Shown here piece by piece: positions 1 to 12,820 of a stretch of 38,521 nucleotides of DNA; position 1 is the stretch's first letter; each line of letters opens with the position of its first letter. Made by a program: the position numbers and the translations under genes. The notes under the pieces are model-generated. The model worked only from the letters and a program-made list of their open reading frames with translations. It ran no database searches and was not told the origin of the DNA. The DNA comes from Phoronis australis (lineage: Eukaryota > Animalia > Phoronida): positions 37,826 to 76,346 of the forward strand of contig NMRA01000702.1 in NCBI GenBank assembly GCA_002633005.1, given 5' to 3'.

Positions 1-174
1 CACCTCAAAAAGGGAAATGGGGAAGAAAAATTAGTATGTCAACAAGGTGAGGGGTGTAGCTTGAGAATTGTGGCTACCTGTAGGGTCGAAAATTGTGGTG
101 TTCTTGGGGATGAATACTGTGTAGGCTGCGAAGTGGTGAAAATTGGGTGCCAGTAGTATCTATGTAACACTGTA

Positions 175-336
175 CAGAGACGGATAGAAAGAAGGGGGGG
201 GGGCAGCAAGGGGGCTATGGCCCTGCCTAAAATTCTCCCAGATTCCATTTGGCAGCTTGGGGGTGCAAATGTTTGACGGGCAAAATGCTCTGCCCTTACT
301 CCTACCCCCTAACTCAAAAACCTGGATCATCCCCTG
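175..336 (-). mobile_element. ~160-bp non-autonomous DNA transposon (hAT5-like), copy 1
   Basis: 5-bp TSD CTGTA (170-174, 337-341), CAG...CTG termini. Reverse-complement similar to 19780-19936 (shared TGCCAAATGGAATCTGGGAGAATTTTAGG). 5-bp TSDs are known for the hAT5 group. Confidence 0.75.
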
Positions 337-781
337 CTGTAAGACCTTACAGCAGGGGAGGATCCAGGATTTCAGGACGTTTTCAATTCATCGATAAAAA
401 GCGTTCAAACAATGAAACTCAAAAAATGCCAAGTGAAAAGAGTTAAGCCATTGTTAATTCAGGTTTATTTTCCTAGTAAGGAATCGATAATTACATGATT
501 TTACTGCAGTTTGTTGGTAATATCACAATATATAAACAGCTACCTCACCAGAGAGTTCCCCCGATCGCAAACGCGACCCAGTCGCAAAATAACTTTTACT
601 CTCGCGACACCTAGCGACCTGATAACGTAATACCGGATGTCACCATGCGCAGAGCAAACTTCCTGGTTAAAAATTGCCAGCTGACAGCCAATCAAAACCA
701 TCGTTCTAGTGCCCTGTACCTGGGCCTTCACAAGCAATCCGTGACGTCAGCTTGTGAGGCCCGGGAACCAGGTTAAGAGAA

Positions 782-1220
782 CACGCAGGTATCATTCCCC
801 GGTAATTTTTTCAGTTACAACGGCGTTTCTGATTGGCTGGTCGAATTCTCAACAGGTAGTGCTTTACATAAACAAGCTCGTATGTCTGATGGAGGAAGTG
901 TAAAATAAATGTACTCTTTCAAAGTGCTACGAAAGGTAGTGAATGTATAGTTTGTGGTCTGTTGTATTGACAAATCGGTGATTAATTCCTGAGTCAAGAA
1001 ATGGGAATCAGAAAATTATCACCGGCTGTGCCTTTTTCTACTGTCGCTGATTTTCGTTTACGTTACTGTCATGTATTCATACTGTACGAAAACATGAATA
1101 ACACACCGGTAAAATCGGCCAGATGTGTGTCCATTGTACATGTATGTGCTTCAAGCACGCGACTATTAAACATTACTGCAGAAACGAAATATTTGCTGTT
1201 GCGCCACCGACAAGGCTAAA
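782..1220 (+). mobile_element. Truncated copy of the 14110-14664 MITE family
   Basis: Shares TTTCTGATTGGCTGGTCGAATTCTCAACAGG, ATGAATAACACACCGG and ATGTATGTGCTTCAAGCAC blocks with the other copies. Ends approximate. Confidence 0.75.
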
Positions 1221-2065
1221 AAATCGTTCACAGTCCGTCATTTTCTTTCCTTGTTGTAAAGCTAACCAATGACTGCCGAGGTTACAAGCAGTGACAAAAC
1301 GCGTGCTACTGAATTATCACCTAGCCCATCACTGGTTGACTGGCTACAGTTTCACGCAAGAAATCCTTTGTTTCAATCGTGAACATCATCTATCTTAATC
1401 ACTGGGGAAGCGAAAAAAGCATAAGTCACGAATTTTCAATTAACTGTTGATGTAACCGTAAGCTGTGCAAAAAGTACCATTACTTTTTTACCGACCGGAG
1501 TCGTCATATCTTGCCATTATTATTTGTTTATTGCACACACGCCCGCTAAACGTCTCTACGGTCCATGAAACTACAACGTCCGCCAGTAGCCGTCCCTTGG
1601 GATTTCGCGAGAAGATTTGTCTCTCTCTCTACGGTCTCTGGCAGAACACTAAATAAAAAATGGGATTGGTATTCCTCGCAAAAACAAGTTTCATTGAATG
1701 AATGTCTAGAAGCAAGACGAGTTCCTGGAGGAAATAAACTTCTATGGTATTTTTAGTGTACTGTTGTGTTTTTGATCATGAGAGAACTTCTTGTTTCGTA
1801 GCCGAAACGCAGCAACCACTGTTAAAGTAGGTAGTGTTGAAAATCATACGTAGTTCGATTGGGACTCCCATCGCCATTTATCAGAACACCGGCGATTGGC
1901 TCAGCCTAATCTCAATCAACTAACATGTGATTGCTGTATAGCAATGATGATTTATCGGTGATGAATTGTACGTGATAAACTAATACAGTGCTGAATTATC
2001 ATTTCATAGTTACGCATGAACGCAAAAGCAATGGTAAATAACATCAAATCTAAGGATATGCCTAC

Positions 2066-2224
2066 CTGAACCCTCTGACCTAACTTTAGCACAGCCGTAA
2101 GGGCACTCCTTCGAAAACTTGTTGTTGTTCGCCGTGTTATAGGTGTCAGCACAGTCGGCATCTCCGACAGTGGCTACGTCACCACTCTTAGTGACTTGGC
2201 AAACCAAACACTTGTCAGCGAGGG
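2066..2224 (-). CDS. Ly6/uPAR gene A, exon 2 (Cys1-5); exon 3 not found in window, presumably left of position 1
   Basis: Acceptor TTCTTGCAG, donor GTAGGC, 159 nt, phase 1/1. Encodes LADKCLVCQVTKSGDVATVGDADCADTYNTANNNKFSKECPYGCAKVRSEGS, which aligns with exon 2 of B and C. Confidence 0.88.
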
Positions 2225-3362
2225 CTGCAAGAACAACCGGAGGGACAAAGCGACATGAACAGGTGAATTGTAGGTAAGATAGTGAACGTTTTCACTTTAG
2301 ACTCGTACTTAAGTCAGATGGAATTGAAACGGTGACATGAACTAACGCGTACTGTACGCTGCGTGGTTTTGTAGTTTGAACTACTCCAGAGTCGACTGCA
2401 ACGCATACTCATTGCGTCATTTAAAAATTCGCAATTTTCGGGTTGACAGACCCCAATAAACGCTTTCTTCAGTCGCTGTTGGTTTCGATGCTTTTTGGTG
2501 ACGGAAACCAATTCCTATATCAGACTTCTTGGAATATTTACATACGGCCATTGGCCCAAAGTATAGCTGATACAAGATAGTAAGTTATCAGATGAGCTGC
2601 AGACGAGTCAGCGATGGGGGAGAAATCATTGTGGACGAATTTTACTAATGAAATATCAGTTAGTGTCATGAAAAATTAAAATCTAAATCGTGTGTGAGAA
2701 TGACAAAAGCGACTACCTAAACATTGTAGCCGAAGATCTTGGTAGGCATTGCACACTGACAGAAAGTGGTAGTCATATTCCACACGACACAGTTTACATA
2801 ACTTAAGCAACGTATATTCACGAGGAATATTTTGTGGCAACTTCTTTCCACAACCTCATTCGACTGAGCTAGTCGGCGACTGAAGTGGTTTACTAACTAT
2901 TTCTAAATAATACTCGATGAATCACATTGTCTTAATTCTCGCATAGTAAGTCAGTTTTGAGTTACGTTCGGTATTAGATTGTCAGTATGTAGACAGAGGT
3001 CACTGATAAACTGAGGAATACTTTTTTGAAATATTCTTGACGATTTGCCACACCCTGACTAATGCAAACATCTTAGAAGCCTTGCACAGTTTCCTTGCTT
3101 AGTTATAAATCTTTGTCCATGCTGTGACATGGAAGACATCATAGATTATAGATAGTCTATGAAGACATTGAAAACGAGTTCCACTTTTTACAATGTGTGT
3201 CCACAGTACGGGAATCTTAGAATTAGCTATAGGATTCCAGCTGTCTCTTTAGAAAAATGTTCTTACATCTTGCAGAAAATTATGGAGGCAAGAGATATTT
3301 GTGTCAGTATTAAGAAATGTTGCGAAGTTCTTGCCTGTTGCTGAAAAGGGCAAATAATCTGA

Positions 3363-3925
3363 ATTAAATATTGAATTGTGAGCACACTGACTGTCTAGAT
3401 TCAAATGTACTTAATATTGAAATGTGAGCAGACTGACCATGGAGTTAAATATATTAAATATTGAATTGTGTGAGCAGACTAACTGTATAGAGTCGAATGT
3501 ATTAAATATTGAGTTGTGAGCAGAGTGACTGTATAGAGTCAAATGTATTTAATGTTGAATTGTGAGCAGACTGACTATGGTATATGTATTAAATATTGAG
3601 TTGTGAGCAGAGTGACTGTATAGAGTCAAATGTATTTAATGTTGAATTGTGAGCAGACTGACTATGGTATATGTATTTAATATTGAATTGTGAGCAGATT
3701 GACTGTATAGAGTCAAATGTATTTAATATTGAATTGTGAGCAGACTGACTATGGTATATGTATTTAATATTGAATTGTGAGCAGACTGACCATGGAGTTA
3801 AATATATTAAATATTGAATTGTGTGAGCAGACTAACTGTATAGAGTCGAATGTATTAAATATTGAATTGTGAGCAGATTGACTGTATAGAGTCAAACCTA
3901 TTAAATACTGACTGTCTGTATAGAG
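3363..3925. repeat. Minisatellite, about 12 units of 41-48 bp, in intron 1 of gene A
   Basis: Repeated core AATATTGAATTGTGAGCAGACTGACT followed by GTATAGAGTCAAATGT or ATGGTATATGT. Confidence 0.95.
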
Positions 3926-4533
3926 CCAAATTGAAAACTTGTTCACTGTTTGTGTAATGGGCGCGGGTGGCCTATATATTCTTGATGAAATAAATAAATA
4001 TGCCGATCAAATCCGATTGATAAAACATTGGGCCTTATTGGGCATCCCAATTATTGGCAAAATATTTATATACAGAATAAAAAATATTTAGTGTAAGAAA
4101 TACTATAAATCGATGATTTGTCTGTCAATTACGAATGTCATAGAGATGAAACTAGAATTAACAGAAATCAGAAAAGGAATTCAACGTAGGCCCACCACCC
4201 GAAAAAATCTTTGAACTTTTACGTAGAGTTGTACAACTTAACGGAAGGTATGTCACGAGAAATTTGGATGATGTTCTGTCGTGTTTTGGACAACGTTTAT
4301 TTACGCTGAAAATATTGGTACTGGTAACATTGAATTTTAATCATCGTGCTAAAGTAATGCGCAAATTCAGAAGTTACATGTTAGTGTTTCGAGTATCTCA
4401 GTCAGGATTCTTGGGAAACCTTTGCTCTGCTTTCACGAATTTTTTTAAGTGGACCCTTCCAATTCTTAATAAAATTAGCCCCTGATCTCTATATCACCAA
4501 TGATGATATGCACACAAACAAAATTCTACTTAC

Positions 4534-4582
4534 TATAATTGATAAAAGCCAGCGAAGCAATGGTTAGGAGAAATGTCTTCAT
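4534..4582 (-). CDS. Ly6/uPAR (three-finger) gene A, exon 1 (signal peptide MKTFLLTIASLAFINY)
   Basis: ATG at 4582, 16 mostly hydrophobic codons +1 nt, then donor GTAAGT. Phase 1 joins exon 2 in frame to give ...INYTLADKCLVC, a plausible cleavage site. Confidence 0.85.
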
Positions 4583-5510
4583 TTTCCACGAATTGGGTCC
4601 TAAAGTTTATAGTAAAAAACTTATGTCTTTTCGTCTCAGTGACCGTTGGCGTATAGACATTGATAGAAGTAGTCCTCCTTTTTATGCTGCTGGTAGTCAC
4701 GTAAACGCCTACAGAGCACGCGGTGTTTATTGATAACATTATTTTGCAAATACCTGCCGAATTAACACATGTAAATTAGTTTTGTTTCTAGACATCACAA
4801 ATTGTGAATACGATAAGTATTACGAGCTGTAAGATGAGTTGAAACGGGCTTCATTTGTGTAGTCACGTGGCGTCGTAGTGGTTTTACAGTGCTTCGGTGA
4901 CTAAAGTCTGAAGGATTCGCTGACCTGGTCATTCAAACAATGTGTTATCAGTTCTGCGTTGACTGGGTAGGGCCTTATCTACTTAGCCAAATAACCCCAA
5001 TACAATAAAGTTTGACCCTGCAAAAGTATGCAGTTCCTGAGAGTACAATAGTAGTTATAGAACAGTGCCATCGGAATTCTTCGAAATGAAGTCCACCAAA
5101 CAGAAAGACCGACACAAGTAGGCCTTCTGCTGGCCCATTGCAGCAGACACTCTACTTTAACTTTGCTGTTCGTACTCGGCAAGTTTATCAGCCTGCTTGA
5201 GGAATTTTGAAAGCGGTTTGATACTTTTCTTAGCTATGATAGTTTTCACTGAAACTGCTGTATTTCTGGCAATCCTAATGCTTTGGTAAGTGAAATACCG
5301 ACCGACATGGTGTTCTGGTGTTTCATATTTCATCCAGCATTTAGGACAGCAGAAATCTGTTGCTCTACCTGTTGTTTTCTTGTGTTTCTACAAGGGGCAG
5401 TGACCTGTTATCACCGGCATTGCCAACTGCAGTTTAGACCTCGTCATACTCAAAAGCTTAGTAGTAAGACTGGTTGTTACCTAGCTCACTACCTCTTTCG
5501 TTCTTCTACT

Positions 5511-5559
5511 GCCACGTCCGTTTGTCTACAGCCACGTCCGTTTGTCTACAGCCACGTCC
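5511..5559. repeat. 20-bp tandem repeat, about 2.5 copies
   Basis: GCCACGTCCGTTTGTCTACA x2 plus GCCACGTCC. Confidence 0.9.
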
Positions 5560-6599
5560 AAGAAGTTTTTCAAAGTTTTAATAAAAAATGAATGTGATAA
5601 AAAAATACGTGCATTCAACTGTCTTTTACAATCTGTAAGGCCGTTGAGATTCGGAAGCGTTGGGTCGTTGCCATACGCCGCAACGAAGGAAAATATTTCC
5701 GGGTACAATTTGTAAATGTTTTCGAAAATTTGACCACATTTTGTCGCATCTCATTTGCCGAGCATCATAGCAACGACCGGTGAATCTTCGTCCTACCAGG
5801 CTGTGTTTTCATGACTACGGTTGAAACATGATGCATTTGTTTCCAAAGAGGACTGGGCCTTCAATCCCTCGATTTTCGGGCGGAATATGGTCCCTATTTC
5901 CTTCTCAAAAATATCGAAAAATTACGCGAAATTCTCCTCACGACGCCTATTGAGTTCCCCTAAAGTGATTGAAAATTTCCCTTCGAAGTTTCAATCACTT
6001 GTAACCACACAGGTGACAATTTGAAAAATTACAAAATTGTACATGAGATAGAGCCTATGAGAGTTTGGAACAGGGCGGGGTGGTACTGATGGTGATCGGG
6101 AGGTAGGATTTCTTCCTCACTCTGCGAAAAAGTCCACTCTCACGAGGCATCTTTCCCCTCGGAACGAGGCCCCTGAAGGAACGTGATAACTCTGCATGTT
6201 CTGCTCAGATAACTGAAATTAAGCTCTAAAACGAGTTGGTATATTTTCAGGTTATGCTTTGAACGAACGAACTAGGTGTATTAATTTTAAAATACAACTT
6301 GTTCTTAATAACATCAATCGTTCTTGCAGGTTAATGACAAATCAACCGTTAGTCCCCGTAGTCCCTAACTCACTGTAGGACCTAGGCTATGCTTAATGTC
6401 AATATTCTTGATCAACAAATTAAATCAGATGTGACTTGCACATGACAGCAAAATGCGACGAGCCACCACTGTCAAGTACATCAAAAATACGAGCAGATAA
6501 CCTGCTTCGTGTAGAAAGCATTTTTATCAACAATTTACAAGTAACGTTTCTTCTTGTAAAATAATAATATGAACCATACCAGCCTAATCCGTAACACGA

Positions 6600-7510
6600 T
6601 CTTCGTAATTCGGTCGTATTTACTTTTACCCAGTGGGGATCGAGGGGCTCGAACTATATGTACGCTGAATTGATGAAGGTCCCCGCGAAACAACGCCTGA
6701 AGAAGGGTACCATACCGTCGCTGTTGATTCCCGGCAGTGCCCGTCGCCAACCCCGAGAAGTGCGTTATTGAAGCGAGAAGCCTCGCGAGCTGTGGCCTCT
6801 ATATACAGTGACTGGAGGCACTTCATCTACTGTCACCCGTGCCTCCGAACGTACCCCATTGCGTGCAATTCTGGGAACTAGCAGTGATCCGCCCTGTGCT
6901 GTTGTCTCTAGCCCAGAGCCTGTAAGCAGCCCTGCAGCGATGTTGAGTAGTGCGAGTGAATACAGGCCCAGTTCGACACCCAGTGAAGAGGACAGTTCGT
7001 TATCCAATGAACAGATCGATGAGCCTAAGTTTGATAAGTTTATTGTGGACTTGTATTGGAGCTATTAAGAAAGTGCCAGGTGTGTGGCGAGGGAGTCACA
7101 CGGCAGGATGTAAGCAGTTTGGGTGCTCAGATCACCCTCCAGTGGGAGTGTGTCGCGGGACACTCGGGCAAGTGGGACAGTTCTTCCTCTGTACGTGAGA
7201 CGATAATGAGTACACCCCAGTACGCAGCAACAGCGTGGCATGTTGACTGACTCGTAAGCAAAAGCAAACGACGACCGAACTTATTACAACCGAGGTAGAA
7301 CAATGACTGACTCGACTGCTCTCACAGTCAGACTATATGAAAAGAAATTGGCGCAAAATTCTTGCCTCCCAAAACGTCACTTCCGGAGTAGACGACGAGT
7401 AATTAATTAAATTACGAAAAGCAGTAAATAAGTGAAAAATATGTCTGGGATAATCAAAGAACCTTATTTTCGCTAAAAATGACATGAAAAAAGGTTGCCT
7501 TCGCCTTTGA
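6600..7510 (+). mobile_element. Degenerate THAP-domain transposase relic (Kolobok-like), N-terminal part
   Basis: QRLKKGTIPSL (~6691-6723) resembles the THAP AVPT-box. A Ser-rich linker follows, then EPKFDKFIVDL / frameshift / ELLRKCQVCG...LGAQITLQWECVAGHSGKWDSS, a CxxC...CxxxH-xxx-W motif seen upstream of Kolobok-type DDE domains. No catalytic domain present. Possible decayed end CGCCTTTGA at ~7510. Confidence 0.55.
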
Positions 7511-10500
7511 ACTGTGCATTGCTTTTCGGCAGCCATGTTATAATGACCCCTATGGTCGTCATATGCTGTCGTCTTTCGAAAGAACAGAAAACCACACAGA
7601 AAAAGGCCAAGAGAATGGTGGAAAGTGGTTTGCAACAATTCTAGTTCAAGCACAAACTATTTTACTGGTATGATATCGATTTTTAAATCGATTAAAACTG
7701 ATTCAGAATTTCAGTTCTGGAAAATAAATTATGATTGTTTTATTCCAGATAGACCTTACTTATTTTCTATTTGTGACCTCTTTTTTGCTCTTGTTGTTCT
7801 TAATACCACTTATGGCAAGGTGTGGACTCTATTTTGTTTCCAACTGATGTCATATAAATGTTTTGTTATAGGTGTAGTGGTTCATAGGTGTTCGCCAGAT
7901 TCAAGCATTTACAAATAAAAACCGTGTCCTCAGAAGTGTGTAGAGCATCACTGAGGTGGAAAATGCCCATTTTAATCTCTTCCACTACCGCAGCAGCCAT
8001 ATAGTATTATCGACAAGGGTTTTTCAGTATTTTTGAAGCTTATCCGGTTGTGTAAATTAAAACAGAGGCACGTGATGCCAACGCCTTAGCACTAGTCGAT
8101 TTTCTGGCGCATTACTGACATCACTCTTAGTCGAGTTTCTAACGAAAATTGACACGGGAGAAACGCACTGGCATTAGTTATTTTCTGTGAAATTTAACAA
8201 CCTTGTCACCTCCTAGTCGCTATTATAGTTTTCGATAAGAAATTCTTTGTCAAAAGCGTTTCCGAATATCTGGAGAGCCCATCTTTATGAAACATGACAG
8301 AGGTTTAAGACGAGGATGTGCCGATACCAGTCAATTTCTCGGTGCGATGGAACTTCTCATAGTGGCCTATTTTAGTTTTCAAAGTGATATTCCTTATTTG
8401 TCCACTATTGTCATAACTGGACAAGTTTTAACAAAGGTTGCACAGGTGTGTACAACAGTCGTCGATTTTCAACAGATTCGACGATCTCAGCACACCCTAT
8501 TGGCCGTTTCCGTGTGACATCTAAAGAAGCGACTGAAGTGCACTGACACCAGTGGATTTTTGTTCAGGTGTAATTTTGAACGAATTATTCGATATCGAAA
8601 ACATATCCAAATGATATGCACGGAATCAATAGGTGTACATTGGTGATATATGGCACCTGTAGGACTGTACTACAAAATTTTTTTGTTCTCACATAACGTG
8701 AGCGTAATACATCCTCAATATATATCGACAAACAGCATACCACTGTTTATCTGGCTAAAAACGAAAATCGAATTGGGCCTTTTATTCTCATTAACATTTC
8801 CTAACGTGGTAGGAACGCATTCCCGTTACCAACTCAAGCCACAGGCAACGTGTGCATGTTCTATTTTCTAATTCTCAACCACAACAAACTCTTGAGTCGC
8901 TCATTTCATGTTCTTGTTTGTAATGAGCTAACTTGCAACCGAATCCAGCCAATCACTCGTGTTTATTTTTCTTGTAATTGCACTAAATCATGATACACCT
9001 AGGTGGAAGATATTCACCGCTCAAAACCAAAGCACAAATGTTAAAATCGTGAATAACATCCTTGAAGGTGACAAAACTAAACGCTTCATACAGTTCACTT
9101 GGTCACAGTAAGTGACAATGCTGCTCGGTATGCTGGCGACTGACCGGTAGGTGGCATCAACCACTAAGTTTTCAACTAATCTCATAGAACTCGTCGCACA
9201 ATAGTTTGTAATGACTCAACTGTTTGCCACTAATAATCAGGCCCAAATCAAAGTAAGTATTTATATCAGAAAAAATGAAATAATGTGTTTTGTGTATGTT
9301 TCAGTTGTCAAAATAAGTATTTAGCGTTAAATATTTTTTTTCAAATAGATATTTTTAATTATGTTGCACCGACGACCCATTGGATTTTGGGGCAAGGGAG
9401 TAAGAAATTCACGAAACTTGCATCGTTTTATTTCTTTTATGAAACCCTGTTATAGAATTTAGCAATGATGTTCTTATAAAACAGTAAAAAACACGAACAA
9501 TGCACGCATGTATGACGACTGTGCTTCAAACGGCTCCATAAAGTATTAAGTTAATGACAATGACAGTCAGGTACTGAGTCGTCGGCTCACCGCCAGTTAC
9601 CGTGAAACTGTCTAAAATAGTTGTTCTGAAAAGATAGACCCGGCACTTTTGACACATGATGAAATTTTTGAGTTAGCATAATTTACACCGCTGGCGCCTC
9701 TCATCTTTGATGGGCAAGATACAATAGCTGTCCAATCGTATGTCACGTTCCGCCACAAGCTGCAACGCCACCATTCTTTTGGGAGCAACATTATCTCCGA
9801 GCGATGGGCGTCTTAGCCTCGGTGACAGAGATCCCAACTTGACTTAGAAAAGCCGCTGGTTTAGCACATCCTGGCGAATAATAACACAAACATCGATATG
9901 ATAACCAGACGTTCTCAATCATTATTCTGAGAGTGCCCATACTGGATTTCCTTTTTATGTGTATTTGGCAGTGAAGCAGTCGTGGAGATCGACTCCTCTT
10001 GTTTTCCCGATGTATCTCTGTCACATCTGGTCTGCGCATCTTTACATGTGCAGCATTGCTTTGGCGACCTCTTGATCTTGTTTATCGTATACAATAGACA
10101 AATTGGTGCCTGCTCGTCTTCCATATCAACCAACAGTGATGGTATATTTTGACTTTTTAACAGCCTCATAGATCCACTGTTATGTATTGGCAATGCTACT
10201 CGTGGTTTTCCTTAGAATATAGTCACGTGGTATTTATGCCCACAGGCCACGTGCTCGTCCCCCTTCTTGCATTAGTTCTCCAAGTGCATAGACGTATTAT
10301 ATTTTACTCTCATCTGTGTTGTTTTACTGGTTCTACGAACACAACATCCACCCACTGTCATTCTTCATCCGATTTTCAGTATGAAGTTGGTCTCCTGGCG
10401 GACTTGTATACATATGAGTGCGAGATGAAGTTGAATTGGCAAATTTCGAGGGACCCTGGGCCCCATCGTGGGCGTGATAAAAATGACACCGGTGTATCGT

Positions 10501-11802
10501 TTTTGGGCTATCAAAATACGGCTTGGTCTTTTGAAAAGTGCTTGGTCCAATGCAACACCCCAGATCTGCCAGTGTCACCGGTACAAAATGAACCACGGGC
10601 ATAATACGTACCCCGGGGTTGGATGTGAGAAGTTGAGTACCCCTCCGTTTACGAAACTTGGAAGCTGCACATCCTCCATGAAAGAGACTTAGGTAATAGT
10701 TGTGGAATTGCTTTGCCATCAATGCTCGAAGGGCGGAGCTAAACTAGTGGCGACCAGGGGATGGGGCATGGGCATTCACATTTCTTCCGTCCTTGCACTT
10801 ACCTTCCTATGCTTATAGACACTGAGTCAAATACGATGTGGTAATCACAGAGAAAACCATGCAAACAAAATCAGGACTAGACCACTTGCTAGAAAGTGTG
10901 CAATCCGGATTATATGAATCGGAACAAGTTGTCCAGACCAAACGCTGGAGTCACACGGCGGCCGTTAACCTTGATAGCATCCTTTTCTACTTACTTCTAT
11001 ATACGACAGACTCTGGGTCCTTATATCTTTGTAAATTACTGTACAAACTACACAAAAACACGTTGGGTTACTTTCATTATACCCTGGCTGTAGTGTAAGT
11101 GATCGTTTGCCAAGAATTTTTTCTGTGCTACAAGCCCTAGTTACTCACCATTACTTCGACAAATGTCCATATAAAATCCCTTTCGTGTGGACTATTGAAT
11201 TGCTTGTCCTCGACAATGCTGAAAATTTCCCATTTTCAGAATAATACAGGCCTACATCTCATGTAATCACAACGCGTAAATATTTATGTTTGAAGACTTA
11301 TTTAATGTTTAGAATTTATTAGCCGGGTGAATTTTTGAATTCTCGCTAATGTTTCAAAAAGACCAACTCTATAAAGCAATAAAATTCCAAAATGGTTTAC
11401 AAGCACTCATTTATTTAGGAAGGATGATGCCAAAGCCAATGAAACTATCAATTGCAAAATACAATAATGCAAATGCTTTGAAAACATGTGATGGTCAATC
11501 GCCGATTAGGTAACAAAACATTCTGGTCAATCACCGATTAGATAACAAAATCAAGGGTTGTTACTTGCAGAATGACCAGAATGGTGCACTTATTGTAATG
11601 AGCCATCTTCTTAAGAATGTTCTAGAAATGCGCTTAAAATTCTATACAGCTAGATACGTTGGCGTCAGCTACTGTGGAGAACGCAATATACTCGGTAGAG
11701 TAAATAAGATCAAGCAGGCAGCTCAAATTATCTCTCTAAAATATCGTTATACTTAGCATTACCAAATCAATGAAGCACAGCAATAGCAAAAATGTCTTTC
11801 TT

Positions 11803-12017
11803 TTACATTAAGATATTCAAGAACGAAAGGAATGCAACGATCAGAAGAATCGCGTAATTTTCCGTGTTAGGCGCATTGTTGCAAAAATGGCCGCTGCAAT
11901 GACACACTTCGGCCTCAGTTTCTACTCCTAATACATTGAACTTTCTCGTATAACATTGAGAAGGAAAGAGTCTGGCTGAGCATCCGCGTCTGTAGGATGT
12001 GGCAGACACCCTAAGAG
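11803..12017 (-). CDS. Ly6/uPAR gene B, exon 3 (Cys6-10 and GPI-anchor-like tail)
   Basis: Acceptor TTTTTTCAG, phase 1. Encodes LRVSATSYRRGCSARLFPSQCYTRKFNVLGVETEAEVCHCSGHFCNNAPNTENYAILLIVAFLSFLNILM-stop. The CxCxxxxCN motif plus hydrophobic C-terminus is typical of quiver/Ly6 proteins. Linkage to the 24037 exon across a 12-kb intron is inferred (46+162+215=423 nt, 140 aa, 10 mature Cys). Confidence 0.82.
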
Positions 12018-12820
12018 CTGAAAAAATCAAAATAGTCATAATCAACAAGTTTGTGGACCAAATATTTTCGTTCAAAAACATTTACTTTTCAGTCTTAAAT
12101 AGGCTTTATTGAAAGTAGGTTTAGATGCAAAGTTCCCAAAAACGGCAACAGTTTTCAGGAGCCAGCCGTAAGCTTACTGGATAGCTTTCAGCAGGTGATG
12201 GGCCTGGTCATCTTACTAATAAAACAAGTGGTCTCTTGTATGGGAGATGACATAAGAAGTTTCATCTTACATTTTGGCAAATCTCACATCATCACAATTA
12301 CAAGGTCTCTGAAAATGTACGCGTAACTGCCAATTTCAGTAGTTGAGTAGAAAATACCCCCCGCGAACCTCCCAGACATCTGTATTTTTGTTAGCGTAAT
12401 TGTATGTGAAAATGAACATCAATGTCGTGAAGATCAGGTAGCATATAATCAGGAACACACAGAACATACTGTAATCGGGACGCTCAGGTGCGTCTCGTTA
12501 TCGAGGCCAGACAGGACTTGTGAACTATATTGGTATTAAAACGAACGAATTTTTAAGTCAAAGTAAACAATCGCCATGTTGTAGTATATAGTACGCAAAC
12601 CCGAACAGTACAGTCTCTAGTACGTTTACTCACAGGCAAACTTGAGTTGCGTTGTCGGACATGTCGGTGTTTGTTCTCGGGTGTAAGTGCGGTGAGCGTG
12701 CGTTTGTGATTGATGCGTCTTGTTAGACAATTAAGCCTCAGTGTTTTGTGGGGAGAACTACGAGAACGAACATTTACTTTTAGGGAGAACAGGGGTGAAT
12801 TTAGAGATATAGCCAAAAGC

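Noticed and set aside
3363-3925. CRISPR-like array
   Set aside because: No unique spacers, eukaryotic context and no cas genes. It is a minisatellite.
4606-4611. TATAAA as the gene A TATA box
   Set aside because: Only ~24 bp from the ATG, leaving no 5'UTR, and common in AT-rich DNA.
11149-11218. Alternative first exon for gene A (MDICRSN + GTGAGT)
   Set aside because: Not a signal peptide. The 4534-4582 exon fits much better.
12269-12308. Candidate ~38-nt mini-exon with AG/GTAAGA boundaries (minus strand)
   Set aside because: Hits a stop in the required phase-1 frame.
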